DNA of 64,000 bases, taken from NCBI GenBank assembly GCA_965223845.1, contig CBDCXR010000004.1, forward strand, positions 4,480,001 through 4,544,000, read 5' to 3'. Source of the DNA: Planctomycetota bacterium (GTDB lineage: Bacteria; Planctomycetota; UBA8108; SXIK01). Made by a program: the position numbers and the translations under genes. Every line of letters starts with the position of its first letter. Positions within the stretch are counted from its first letter, which is position 1. Shown here in pieces: positions 40,701-49,153 of the stretch. Under the pieces are notes generated by a model. That model was not told the origin of the DNA, ran no database searches, and saw only the letters and a program-made list of their open reading frames with translations.

Positions 40701-42503
40701 TCGTTTGCGCGCGCGATCGAAGAGCCGGGCGTCGATGCCCCACCGCCGGTCGCAGCGATGGTTCGCGCGCGCCAGACACTCCTCTCTGCTTTTCGCGGCG
40801 AGCGGCGGCGAACGTCCGCAGGCGAGGACGACCGCACGCAACGAAGTGGCGACGCCGGCGCGAGAGTCGAGTACCTCGACGCGTGGAACGCGCTCTACAT
40901 CGGGTGGGCGAACCGCCTCCTCGGTCGCTGGCGTGAAGCGCGGAAGCATCTCGACTCCGCGCGCGTTTTCTTCACCCGCGCCGCCGTTCCCTCGGCCGTG
41001 CTTCACGCCGAGCTCGAGCTCGCTCTCCTCGACGCCGATCGCCAGCAACACGGCCGCGCTTCGAGACGACTCGAGCGTCTCGAGACGCGTTTTGCGAAGA
41101 ACGCGACACCGCTCGACCATCCCGCGCTCGCAGCGCGGCTCCGTGCCTACCAGACTCGCGTCGAGCTCGAGCGCGACCCTCCGGATCTCGATCGCGCGAC
41201 CTCACTTCTCGTCGAGGCGGAAAGTCACCTGATCGGACGGCGCGTCCAGGATCTCGAACATCTCGTCTCGACGCTCCGCCGGCGGCTGAATCTCCTTCGG
41301 CTAGAGCGCGGCGGAGTCGATCGGATCGTGCCGCCGCCACGCTCGGAGACGACCATCGTGCGCGCGGTGCGCGAACTCGCCCGAGATACCGATTCGCTCC
41401 TTCGGCGTCTGCAGGACGAAAATGGACTCGAGTCCGGAATCGAAGTCGTTCGCGAGCTCCGAGGGCACGCCGATCACCTGCGGGAAGTGCTTCGCCGACA
41501 GGAACAGCGCGTCGATGATCGCGAGAGAAGCGCGTCCGATCTTCCCGGCGTGGACGCGATCGTCGGATCGTCGCCAGCGGTGACGACGCTCAAGAATCTC
41601 GTGCGACGCGTCGCCGCAGCCGATCTCCCGGTACTCATCACGGGAGAAACGGGAACGGGGAAGGATCTCGTCGCCCGCGCGCTTCACGAAGAGAGCTCTC
41701 GTCGAAGCGAAGTGTTCCTCAGCATCAACTGCGCGGCGCTTCCGGAGGGCCTCCTCGAAGCGGAGCTGTTCGGACACCTCCGAGGAGCGTACACCGGCGC
41801 AGAGGAAGACCGCTCGGGTCTGCTTATCGATGCCGACGGTGGCACATTCTTCTTCGACGAGATCGGTGAGATGTCTCTCGACCTCCAGGGCAAGCTCCTC
41901 AAGATCCTCGACCGGGGCTGCGTTCGTCCGATCGGGGGAACCGAGGAAGTGTCGATCGATCTACGCTATGTCTTCTCGACGCACCGCCGACTGTCCGATC
42001 TCGTCGAAGACGGAAGAATGCGCGAGGACTTCTACTACCGCGTCCGTGCCGTCGAGATCCCCGTGCCGCCGCTGCGCGAGCGGATCGAGGATCTCGACGC
42101 GCTCATCGAGCACTTTCGAAAGCTCGCCTCCGACGCACACAGCGCGGTCGCCATGACGACAGACGCGCGAGCGGCGCTTCGAGCCTACCCTTGGCCCGGA
42201 AACGTCCGTGAACTTCGAAACGTCATCACGCGCCTCGCGCTCACTGGGCGTGAGACGATCGACGAAGAAGACGTGAGAAAGCTCATCGGCGTCGAGACGG
42301 GCTCGGGCGTGTTCTCTTCCGCGCTCCTTCGCAGCCGCTCGCTCGACGACCTGCAGGTGCAGCTCGAGCGCGAGTATCTCCTTCAGCTCCACGCGGACAA
42401 GGCCGGCGACATGAAAGCGGTGGCGGCCCAGCTGGGGATCACATTGCGGGGGCTTTATAAGCGGCTTCAGAGGCTCGGGGTCGATCCTCGTAGGCTCAGG
42501 TAA
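37731..42503 (+). CDS. Sigma54-dependent activator with N-terminal pseudokinase, AAA/STAND-like ATPase and TPR domains
   Basis: Degenerate kinase fold (HGRVSAEN, LTDP, DLSALG); GEAGIGKS and IVVDEVH; TPRs (YNNLGVLH); GETGTGKD, INCAAL, ELFGH..GAYTGA, FFDEIGE, YPWPGNVREL; C-terminal HTH. Start ATG 37731. Confidence 0.9.
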   Translation: MNTGDSIGEGLRVCGSLNESLSGVGSSSPRYLVSAVGSRRRRPRWVLRWWPDASEIDASLRARLLRLATLDHAALALPCDFGLDNATGRTYSLRTYIDGAPLLSALEGKSPREILPWLVATTEALETLHRFRLEHGRVSAENVIVPRSSLFGRRVAGTPLAVLTDPLVEMAEAKTRFDAAPDLSALGELFYRILTRHEIELEPTGFPVAPAKLNPAIPVDLERVLLKLLHPEAAKRYRDASELSEDLRRIPGAESCPELPPAGCFVHRERELARATECLREPSRAFAIAITGEAGIGKSAFVDRLVLEAKTRGYLTVGVRCYRESETALAPLRALAARLATAEHRRSTLGARIDRLLEESDFQPEPGARRAVLRGLVDYFTSCVRRRPTLIVVDEVHFADPLTVEFLVEVTREISLQERRAARGDSSPRLSLAMTYRSESSFRPALAPLLDRIAASDAELIAIELDALSDDAVTEWVERTSRDPRVRRAATSLSAPFRGNPFAIRQVLCGAPPVALAEPDDDGRRLHGWWVAQLSDSEQRFVQFLAVLGRPAPVELLSELTGEGMTATKRHVATLASVDLVSHEDDLVFFRHGSMEEGIRSSLSSGDMASMHERIALALANRADESGAELAHHWLRSTTPERGFEVGLEAARDLARNHEDGRALDFYRRVAELVPDDRRDLRRGVLRETADLLAKTGDYAGGIEILESMLGELSTAELAHVRGRIGFYHHLAGQIAEAVVHFEAARALLHGEGESSSDRDRFMIESELATIALHRGEYERVARICRHAIEALSSRASTTEDRALTRATMSLHATLGCVALRRFSYGDARKFFEQSLESGAELAAVPEKSLVYNNLGVLHVQQDRYRDAIAAFRRAAEIARQLGQDLMLVSVEGNLAVLHAKIGDGKAAEAALERTALCAARSGSRRARFLHLHSAGLVALVSGHYATAISSFKEAIIVGGELGDRHMVAFDLVYLGECQLYRGEATAAAASFARAIEEPGVDAPPPVAAMVRARQTLLSAFRGERRRTSAGEDDRTQRSGDAGARVEYLDAWNALYIGWANRLLGRWREARKHLDSARVFFTRAAVPSAVLHAELELALLDADRQQHGRASRRLERLETRFAKNATPLDHPALAARLRAYQTRVELERDPPDLDRATSLLVEAESHLIGRRVQDLEHLVSTLRRRLNLLRLERGGVDRIVPPPRSETTIVRAVRELARDTDSLLRRLQDENGLESGIEVVRELRGHADHLREVLRRQEQRVDDRERSASDLPGVDAIVGSSPAVTTLKNLVRRVAAADLPVLITGETGTGKDLVARALHEESSRRSEVFLSINCAALPEGLLEAELFGHLRGAYTGAEEDRSGLLIDADGGTFFFDEIGEMSLDLQGKLLKILDRGCVRPIGGTEEVSIDLRYVFSTHRRLSDLVEDGRMREDFYYRVRAVEIPVPPLRERIEDLDALIEHFRKLASDAHSAVAMTTDARAALRAYPWPGNVRELRNVITRLALTGRETIDEEDVRKLIGVETGSGVFSSALLRSRSLDDLQVQLEREYLLQLHADKAGDMKAVAAQLGITLRGLYKRLQRLGVDPRRLR

Positions 42504-42599
42504 GAGGTTTACACGAAGTGCGCGAAGGGTCGCGAAGGAAGACGAAGGGAGAGAGTAGAGAGTAGAAAGAGAGAAAGAGAGAAAGAGAGGGAGAGAAGG
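42502..42599 (+). repeat. Dispersed repeat copy 2 with near-pure purine tail
   Basis: aagaggtttacacgaagtgcgcgaagggtcgcgaaggaaga then gagagagtagagagtagaaagagagaaagagagaaagagagggagagaagg, between convergent genes. Confidence 0.7.
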
Positions 42600-42614
42600 T
42601 GAGCGGCGCGTGGT

Positions 42615-43730
42615 TTACTCGTTTTCGAAGGTCGGGAGTTCCATCCACGTCCCCTCGCGCGCCGAGCGCGCGCTGGCGTCGGTGAAGAGCTGGACCCGCC
42701 AGCCGTCGTAGAGGTTCGGGTGGTCGCTCGCAGCGCTTTCGAGTTGAGCTCGGAGCGCGGGGAAGACGTGGTCCGCGAACCGGTTTTCGGTGATGTCTTC
42801 CGCGACGCGTTCGAGTCGCTCCGGGCCCTTGTCCGCACGCGCGATCGTGATCTCGCCGTGGATGCGATCGACCGCGAGCGACGCCTCGGTCCCGTGGAGC
42901 TCGAGCTCGGGAGCGAGACCTTTCCGAAAGAACGTTGCGTGGGAGAGGAGAAGCGAGCCGACCGCTCCGCTCGGAAACGTGAACGCGACGTCCCCGTAAT
43001 CGAAGGTCGTCCCTCTGCGCGCGAGAGCGTGTGGCGCGCTCCCGCCCGAGCTCGCCCAGTCGATCGCCTCTTCGAGATTGATCTCGCCGAGATCGGGCTT
43101 CGGCCCGGAGATGGTCCCCGCGTGCGCGAGGACGCGCTCCGCGTCTTCGCCCAGCATCCAGCGGATCGTGTCGTAGGCGTGAGAGCCGACATCCGCGATG
43201 CTTCCCGCCGACGAAAGCCGCGCGTCGTCTCGCCACGTGAGCGGCATCCCCGCCGGACGCGGATTCTGCCAGCGGTAGACGACGACCTTGATCTCGCCGA
43301 TCGCGCCCGAGAGATAGTGCTCGCGCGCGCGAGCGAACACCGGAAAGTAGCGAGTCCAGAACGGAACGAAGTGCGCGAGCGCGCGGCCTTCGTACGCTCG
43401 CCACATCTCGCCCGCCTCGCGTGCGTCGACACCGATCGGCTTCTCGCAGACGAGGTGCTTCCCGGCCGCGGCGGCGGCCATCACCGCTTCGTGATGGAGA
43501 GCGTCGGGCGTCGCGACGACGACGAGATCGATGTCCGGGTGATCGACTACCGCGCGCCAGTCATCCGTCGCGAGAGCGGCACCGTCTTCCTTCCGAGCCG
43601 CTTCGAGCAGCGATTTTCGCCGAGCGCAGAGCGCCACGATCTCGGCAGCCGCGCCGCTCCTTCGGATCTCATCTCGATACGGCGAGCCGATGTAGCCGGT
43701 CGCTCCGAGAACTCCGACGCGGAACTTCAT
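42615..43730 (-). CDS. Gfo/Idh/MocA oxidoreductase
   Basis: MKFRVGVLGATGYIG, ATPDALH, VCEKP, DVGSHAYD; ATGA overlap with the upstream gene. Confidence 0.9.
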   Translation of the reverse strand: MKFRVGVLGATGYIGSPYRDEIRRSGAAAEIVALCARRKSLLEAARKEDGAALATDDWRAVVDHPDIDLVVVATPDALHHEAVMAAAAAGKHLVCEKPIGVDAREAGEMWRAYEGRALAHFVPFWTRYFPVFARAREHYLSGAIGEIKVVVYRWQNPRPAGMPLTWRDDARLSSAGSIADVGSHAYDTIRWMLGEDAERVLAHAGTISGPKPDLGEINLEEAIDWASSGGSAPHALARRGTTFDYGDVAFTFPSGAVGSLLLSHATFFRKGLAPELELHGTEASLAVDRIHGEITIARADKGPERLERVAEDITENRFADHVFPALRAQLESAASDHPNLYDGWRVQLFTDASARSAREGTWMELPTFENE

Positions 43731-44839
43731 GACACCGTCACCGGCGCTCCGCTTCGTCCCGACTCGATCGCGGCCGCGACGGTGGCGCAGATCGCGCGCG
43801 CGGTGTGTACATCGAGCACGGAGTCCTCGTCGCCGTCGAGCGTTCGCGCGAAATTCTCCGCGAGACAAAAGTCGTTTTCGTTCGCGACTCGCCGATGGCG
43901 AAACTCGGCGGGCGGCTGACCGCGGTAGTAGACGCTGACTTCCGGCCGCGCCTCGCTCACGACGAGCCCGCCTTCCGAGCCGAGGACGTGGATCTTAATC
44001 TCTCCGATGTCCGGATGGCTCGCGGCGCCGATGCGGCCGATCGCGAGCGAGCCGGTGAGCCCGCTCGCCATTTCGAGCGTGACCGTTGCGAGGTCCTCGA
44101 CGTCGTTGTCGACGTTGACTTGATGGAATCGGCTCGCCGTCACGGCGAACACGCGCTCGACTCGCGCGCGCGTGAGGCGATGAATGTAGGCGAGCGGGTA
44201 GATCCCCTCGATCGCGAGCTCGCCCATCGGCTCGATGCCGACTCCGCCGTCCGAGCCGTCGGCGTGTGCCTCAATCTGACGCTCTAGCCAATTGATCGGC
44301 GGATCGGACGGGCCGCGCGAGCCGGCCGGTGGGCCCGAATCCTTAGCGAAGTAGAAATCGACGTGAATCGCGTAGGGCGTTCCAATCCTCCCGGCTTCGA
44401 TGATTTCGCGTGCGTGCTCGACCGCCGGGAGATAGTTCCGATTCCAGAGGAGAAACTTCACGCCGTTTCGGCTTGTGGCTTCGACGAGACGATCGCATTC
44501 AGCGAGGTCTGTCGAAACCGGCTTGTCCTGGACGATGTGGATCCCCGCTTCGGCCGCGCGGAGACTGAGATCGCAGTGGCGTTCCGCCTCGGAGCTCACG
44601 ACGGCCACGTCGACGTCGTACTCCGCGAGCGCGCGCTCGACATCGCGGACGTAGGGGATGTTGTAGTCCCGCGCGAACTTCTCGTTTCGTTCGTGCACCC
44701 ATTCGGGGCGGGACGCGTCATCGGCGACGACGACGGGAACGAAGCGCGGGTGGTTCGCCATCCCGATCGGCACGTAATCGTGCTTCACGACGCTCAGAAC
44801 TGCGAACCGGTAGACACGCGGCTCACCCGGCGAGCTCAT
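43727..44839 (-). CDS. Gfo/Idh/MocA oxidoreductase (atypical N-terminus)
   Basis: ATG 44839 with GGAGG RBS; VDVAVVSSEAERH, HIVQDKP, IEAGRIG, VEDLATVTLE. Confidence 0.85.
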   Translation of the reverse strand: MSSPGEPRVYRFAVLSVVKHDYVPIGMANHPRFVPVVVADDASRPEWVHERNEKFARDYNIPYVRDVERALAEYDVDVAVVSSEAERHCDLSLRAAEAGIHIVQDKPVSTDLAECDRLVEATSRNGVKFLLWNRNYLPAVEHAREIIEAGRIGTPYAIHVDFYFAKDSGPPAGSRGPSDPPINWLERQIEAHADGSDGGVGIEPMGELAIEGIYPLAYIHRLTRARVERVFAVTASRFHQVNVDNDVEDLATVTLEMASGLTGSLAIGRIGAASHPDIGEIKIHVLGSEGGLVVSEARPEVSVYYRGQPPAEFRHRRVANENDFCLAENFARTLDGDEDSVLDVHTARAICATVAAAIESGRSGAPVTVS

Positions 44840-45707
44840 AGCGACCTCCTCTGAGCACAGCCGGCTTTCCGCTCGTCGCGGAAGCCGCGGCGGCAGCAGC
44901 GACGGCGAGCGCAGCAACCGCGTCGTCCACGGAGTCGCCGCTGTCTCGACCCGCCGCGATCGTGTCGACGAAGGCCTGCCACTCCGCCGCGAGTCCCGAT
45001 TGGCGTTCGTCGGTCCTCAGCGCGAGCGGTTCGCCACCGCGATAAAGAAGCTGCGTGTTGCGGTGATCGTCAGCGTATGCCGAGCCGTTCGTTCCGATGA
45101 CCGACGCGGAGCGGTAGCCGTCGCCACGAGGGAGTCTCGCGCTGACATCGACAAGCGCCATGCCACCACCTGAAAACGCTAAGTGCACTTGAAGGTAGCT
45201 CGGAGGCGAGCCCACGGCGAAGACGCGCTCCGGGCTCCGACCGAACCACCAGTGAACGAGATCGATGTCCGCACTGATCTCGGCCGACGCCGCGCTCTCC
45301 CAGCGGTGCGCGCGAACGAGCACCGGCTCGCCGAGCTCGCCCGCAGCGAGGCTCTCCTTGACCGCGATCGAGGACGGCACCCCCCGCGCCGGTTGCTCGA
45401 CGACGCAGCGAACACCGGCGTCGCGACAACGCGAGACGATCCGCTCGGCATTCGCCAGGGAATCAGCCAGCGGCGCGCCGACGAACACCTGCTTTCCGAA
45501 CGCAGCCGCCGCTTCGCATGCGGCGGCATGGTCGGCCGGCGAGGTGTGGACGAGCACCGCGTCGAGGTCGCCCGCACGCAAGCGGAGGAGCTCGGCGATC
45601 CCGCGGGTCGGAACGGCCGCGACGAGCTCTGCGTCGCGGATGCTCGCGGCGAGGTCCGCGAGTCCTTCCCGGTCCTCATCCGGGGCTACGAGCGCGAGCC
45701 GCATCAT
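44823..45707 (-). CDS. Gfo/Idh/MocA-like oxidoreductase (degenerate)
   Basis: DAVLVHTSPADH, GKQVFVGAPLA in place of EKP, GELGEP, DIDLVHWWFG; ATGA overlap with the MFS stop. Confidence 0.8.
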   Translation of the reverse strand: MMRLALVAPDEDREGLADLAASIRDAELVAAVPTRGIAELLRLRAGDLDAVLVHTSPADHAAACEAAAAFGKQVFVGAPLADSLANAERIVSRCRDAGVRCVVEQPARGVPSSIAVKESLAAGELGEPVLVRAHRWESAASAEISADIDLVHWWFGRSPERVFAVGSPPSYLQVHLAFSGGGMALVDVSARLPRGDGYRSASVIGTNGSAYADDHRNTQLLYRGGEPLALRTDERQSGLAAEWQAFVDTIAAGRDSGDSVDDAVAALAVAAAAAASATSGKPAVLRGGRYELAG

Positions 45708-47107
45708 CCCACCACCGGTTCGTCTTCGATCGACCGCTTCGACGTGTCGGGTGCGAGACAAATCACCACCATTCCGAGTGCGAAGATGAAACTCGTCGCA
45801 CGTCCGATCTTCGCGTAGTCGCCATCGAACTTCGCGGTGAGAGCCGCCGTCGCAAACACCGTCGCCGCCGTCAGGATCCGGCCGAAGTTGAAGCTGACGC
45901 CCGATCCGGTCGCGCGTATGCGCGTCGGAAAAAGCTCGGGGAGGAAGAGCGGAAGCCAGCCGAAGTAGACGCCGTTAAAGAATCCGAGCGCGGCGACCCA
46001 GTATAGAAACGACGCGTCCGTGGGGACGGTGAATCGAAAGATGTACTGCGCGCAGAAGAGAGCACCGAAGCTGACGAGCGCGTATGCGCGCCGCCGTCCG
46101 ACGAGCGAAGCGATCCAACCGCCCAGGAGGCTGCCGATGATTCCCGCGATCGAACGGTACTGATTGACGTCCGCCTTGAGATACGGGTTCGGCGGATCGG
46201 CTGCCTGACCCGCTTCGTCGGCCCACGGAACCATCCAGTTCGCGCTCCCCCACCCGCCGATGAGTGGAACCGTGGCGAGCGCGATGCCGACGATCGTGAC
46301 TCGCAGATACGGCAATCGAAACACGGTCGAGGCCGACGCGGCGACCGCGTTCTCTCGCGGGCGGATCCGCCCCTCGAGCCAGCGCGGAGACTCAGGCACG
46401 ATCGCGAACGCGATGATCGACAGTCCGGCGGGGATCGCCGAGAGCACGAAGACCCAGCGCCAGTCCTCGGGGGTGATCGCGACCTCGAGTGCGATGCGTC
46501 CCATGAGGAAGATGCCGATGTTCGCCGCCGCACCCATGATGCCCGCGACCATCGGACGCGAGAGCTCCGACCAGGCTTCGGCGAGCAAAGAGACGCCGTT
46601 CGGCCACGTTCCCCCGATTCCGAGACACGATACGAACCATAGCGCTAGGAGCGCCGGAAGACTCGGTGCGTAGTGACAGGCCGCGGAGACCGACCCGAAC
46701 CAGAGCATGCTGACCGCGAGCGCTTTTGCGCGACCGACGCGGTCACCGAGCCGGCCGAACAGCCAACCGCCCGTCGCAGCGCCGAAGAGGAACGCGCAGA
46801 CGATCCAGCCGAACCAGCGCTGAGTGAGAACGTTCCAGTTCTCGAGCTGCTCACGATCCGCTGGCGTGAGATTTCCGCCTCCTTCGTCGACACTTCGCTT
46901 CTCCAGCTGCGAAAGCTGCTGGTAGCGCTCGAGATCGAGCGCACCCTCCTTGTCGAGGAGAGCGACCGACGCCGGGCGCATCGCGAGCGACGTTATCCCC
47001 ATCTGCACCCCCGCACACAGCCAACCGAGGACGGCAGCGAGGAGTACGAGATAGCGTCCGGTCGGGGACATCGAGGCGAGCTCGGACCAAGAGATCGTCT
47101 GCGGCAA
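45704..47107 (-). CDS. MFS transporter
   Basis: Many hydrophobic helices; motif A GRLGDRVGRAKAL; LPELFPTRIRATG...FNFGR. Confidence 0.92.
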   Translation of the reverse strand: MPQTISWSELASMSPTGRYLVLLAAVLGWLCAGVQMGITSLAMRPASVALLDKEGALDLERYQQLSQLEKRSVDEGGGNLTPADREQLENWNVLTQRWFGWIVCAFLFGAATGGWLFGRLGDRVGRAKALAVSMLWFGSVSAACHYAPSLPALLALWFVSCLGIGGTWPNGVSLLAEAWSELSRPMVAGIMGAAANIGIFLMGRIALEVAITPEDWRWVFVLSAIPAGLSIIAFAIVPESPRWLEGRIRPRENAVAASASTVFRLPYLRVTIVGIALATVPLIGGWGSANWMVPWADEAGQAADPPNPYLKADVNQYRSIAGIIGSLLGGWIASLVGRRRAYALVSFGALFCAQYIFRFTVPTDASFLYWVAALGFFNGVYFGWLPLFLPELFPTRIRATGSGVSFNFGRILTAATVFATAALTAKFDGDYAKIGRATSFIFALGMVVICLAPDTSKRSIEDEPVVG

Positions 47108-47203
47108 CTCGCCTCAGCGGCGACGCGAGATCCGGATCGACCGGATCGACTCGCCATTGTCGAGCGACCGGAGGAGGCTTTCAACCCCGACCGCAGACGA
47201 CCT

Positions 47204-49153
47204 TCACCTCGGATCGGCGACCCGTCCGACGAAGAGAATCGCACCGCTCGTGCGCTCGCGGATCACGAAGAGAAACGGACGATCCGCCCGCACAATCGGC
47301 GTGAATGGAACGAGCTCCTCGACCGGCAGCTTCGCGCCCGTCGGGACGGCGGCGGTCACCGCAGCGGCCACAGTTCCTTCCTCGTCGACGCGAACGACCG
47401 CACGGTGGAGGACCGCGGAGAGAAAGAGCGGCGGTCCGCCCGACGCGGCCATCCCAGAGAGGTCCGACTCTCGCGTAAACGCCTTGCTTACGCCGAGCGC
47501 CTCCAAAGTCGAGCGAAGCTCGAAGGACGACTCGAGCTCGAACCGCGGGACGTACGCCTCCACCTTGCGTTTGGCGAGCGCGCCGATCCACCGGTCGAGA
47601 TCATCCGCGTTCAGCCGAGCTTCGAGCTTCCCGAGGCCGCCGGTGCTCCGCGGGACGAGAAGGACCATCGACACGTCGCCACCCTTGTACGGAATCTCGA
47701 GCAACTGAATTCCGTCGTCTTCCGGATAGAGGCCCTCCGTGCGCCCCTTGGCGATCATCGCCGGTGTGTCGAAGAGCGCGCCATCGGCGTTGACGGCCGC
47801 ATAGAGTCCCTCTAACCGCCGCGCGTACATCGTCGCGACATCTACAGTGTCTCCGCCGGGAAGCGTGAACTCTCGCGGCTCGGTACGTTTCCGCGGAAAC
47901 GGCTTCTGCCAGTGCCCGGCGAAATAGATCGCGTTGACGAGCGCCATCGCGGTCGCCTCGCCGAAGTGTCCCTCGCCGACGATGCGCCGGATCTCCCCCT
48001 CCGTAATGTCGCTCACCCAGTCGTTGATGTGATCGGCAGACGCGGCCGGCGCGCCGCCGAAGTCGAGAGTTTCCATGCGCGATCCGAATTCGCTCGTCAT
48101 GATGTCGACGAACTGCGGATTCGGGCGGAACTGATCGTTGAGAAAGAGGCCGTTCGCGACGCGCAGCTGGTACTGATCCACCCGGACGAGGAGCTCGTTC
48201 AATCGCTCCACGGATTCGCGCTCCTCTCTGGATTTCGCGAAGTACTCCCGCCCGCCAGTCCCCCGGAGGGCGACCAAGGCTGCACGAATGCGATCGAGCT
48301 TCGTCTTTTCGGCATCGATCGCCGCGCGAATCTTCGCGAGCTCGGGTGAATCCTCCCTCTGCAAAAGCGCGGTGAGCTCTTTCAGCCCCGAGTGAATTCG
48401 CGCCGTCTCCCACGGAATCCGCTGCGCGTCGTCTCCGACGCGACGCGCGCTTTCCGGGAAATGAAGCGCTCGTCCGAGCTCGGCGGCGGTCTCGCCTCGA
48501 GCCCCTTCCGCGATCATCGACAGTACGACCGAGATCGAGAACGGAGAGCAGAACAAGTTTCCCGCATCGCGCGCGGCGAGCTTTCGGTAGAGATCCACGG
48601 CAAAGCGTGACTGGGACGCGACCGCAGTCTTCACCGCCGGCGAATTCGCTTCCGCGGTCACGAGTTCCCCCTCTTCGGCGACGATGGTTCCCTGCGCCGT
48701 AGTGAACACCAACGATCCCGTAACGACGAGCGCTCGAGTGAATAGGTCGTTCATGCGATCCCTCTCCGAATGTGCGCCAACGAAAAAAACCGCCTTCGAG
48801 GCGCTGATCCGGGCGGTGGGTGTCTGAATCGTAATCTCTCCACTCTGGCCCGATCCACGAAACTCGAGCTCGCCGCGTGAGAGTTCGACCGCGTACGGCC
48901 CGACGATCCGGAACTCCGCGTCCGGCGCGGGCTGGATCGCCCAGCTCGGCACGAGCTCGATCGTCCGCGGCCAAACGAGAAACACGAGCAGTGCGACGAC
49001 GAGGAGCGCCGCCGCCGCGACCCAAGGGAGTGGCGAGCTCACTTGCTCGGCTCGCACAAGAGCCGCGTCGAGTCGTACTTCGGCTTCTCGGCCGAGCGAC
49101 CGGGGTGAAAGGGATCGGAGACGGAGCTCGAACTCGTCGGTGTGATCGTTCAT
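47204..49153 (-). CDS. Anti-sigma factor-like (TM + FecR-like) protein fused to a serpin
   Basis: Start moved to ATG 49153 (ATGA overlap with the sigma stop). N-terminus FELRLRSLSPR, TM WVAAAALLVVALLVFLVW, FecR-like LSRGEL..IQTPTARI..VVTGSL. Serpin: RFAVDLYRKL, NLFCSPFSI, GARGETAAEL, INDWVSDITEGEI, LVNAIYFAGHW, VDEEGTVAAAVT, RADRPFLFVI, ILFVGRVADP. Confidence 0.9.
   Translation of the reverse strand: MNDHTDEFELRLRSLSPRSLGREAEVRLDAALVRAEQVSSPLPWVAAAALLVVALLVFLVWPRTIELVPSWAIQPAPDAEFRIVGPYAVELSRGELEFRGSGQSGEITIQTPTARISASKAVFFVGAHSERDRMNDLFTRALVVTGSLVFTTAQGTIVAEEGELVTAEANSPAVKTAVASQSRFAVDLYRKLAARDAGNLFCSPFSISVVLSMIAEGARGETAAELGRALHFPESARRVGDDAQRIPWETARIHSGLKELTALLQREDSPELAKIRAAIDAEKTKLDRIRAALVALRGTGGREYFAKSREERESVERLNELLVRVDQYQLRVANGLFLNDQFRPNPQFVDIMTSEFGSRMETLDFGGAPAASADHINDWVSDITEGEIRRIVGEGHFGEATAMALVNAIYFAGHWQKPFPRKRTEPREFTLPGGDTVDVATMYARRLEGLYAAVNADGALFDTPAMIAKGRTEGLYPEDDGIQLLEIPYKGGDVSMVLLVPRSTGGLGKLEARLNADDLDRWIGALAKRKVEAYVPRFELESSFELRSTLEALGVSKAFTRESDLSGMAASGGPPLFLSAVLHRAVVRVDEEGTVAAAVTAAVPTGAKLPVEELVPFTPIVRADRPFLFVIRERTSGAILFVGRVADPR

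Noticed and set aside
42502-42599. Repeats at 24783 and 42502 as CRISPR or classical REP elements
   Set aside because: No repeat-spacer periodicity, no cas genes and no palindrome; kept only as a dispersed repeat.
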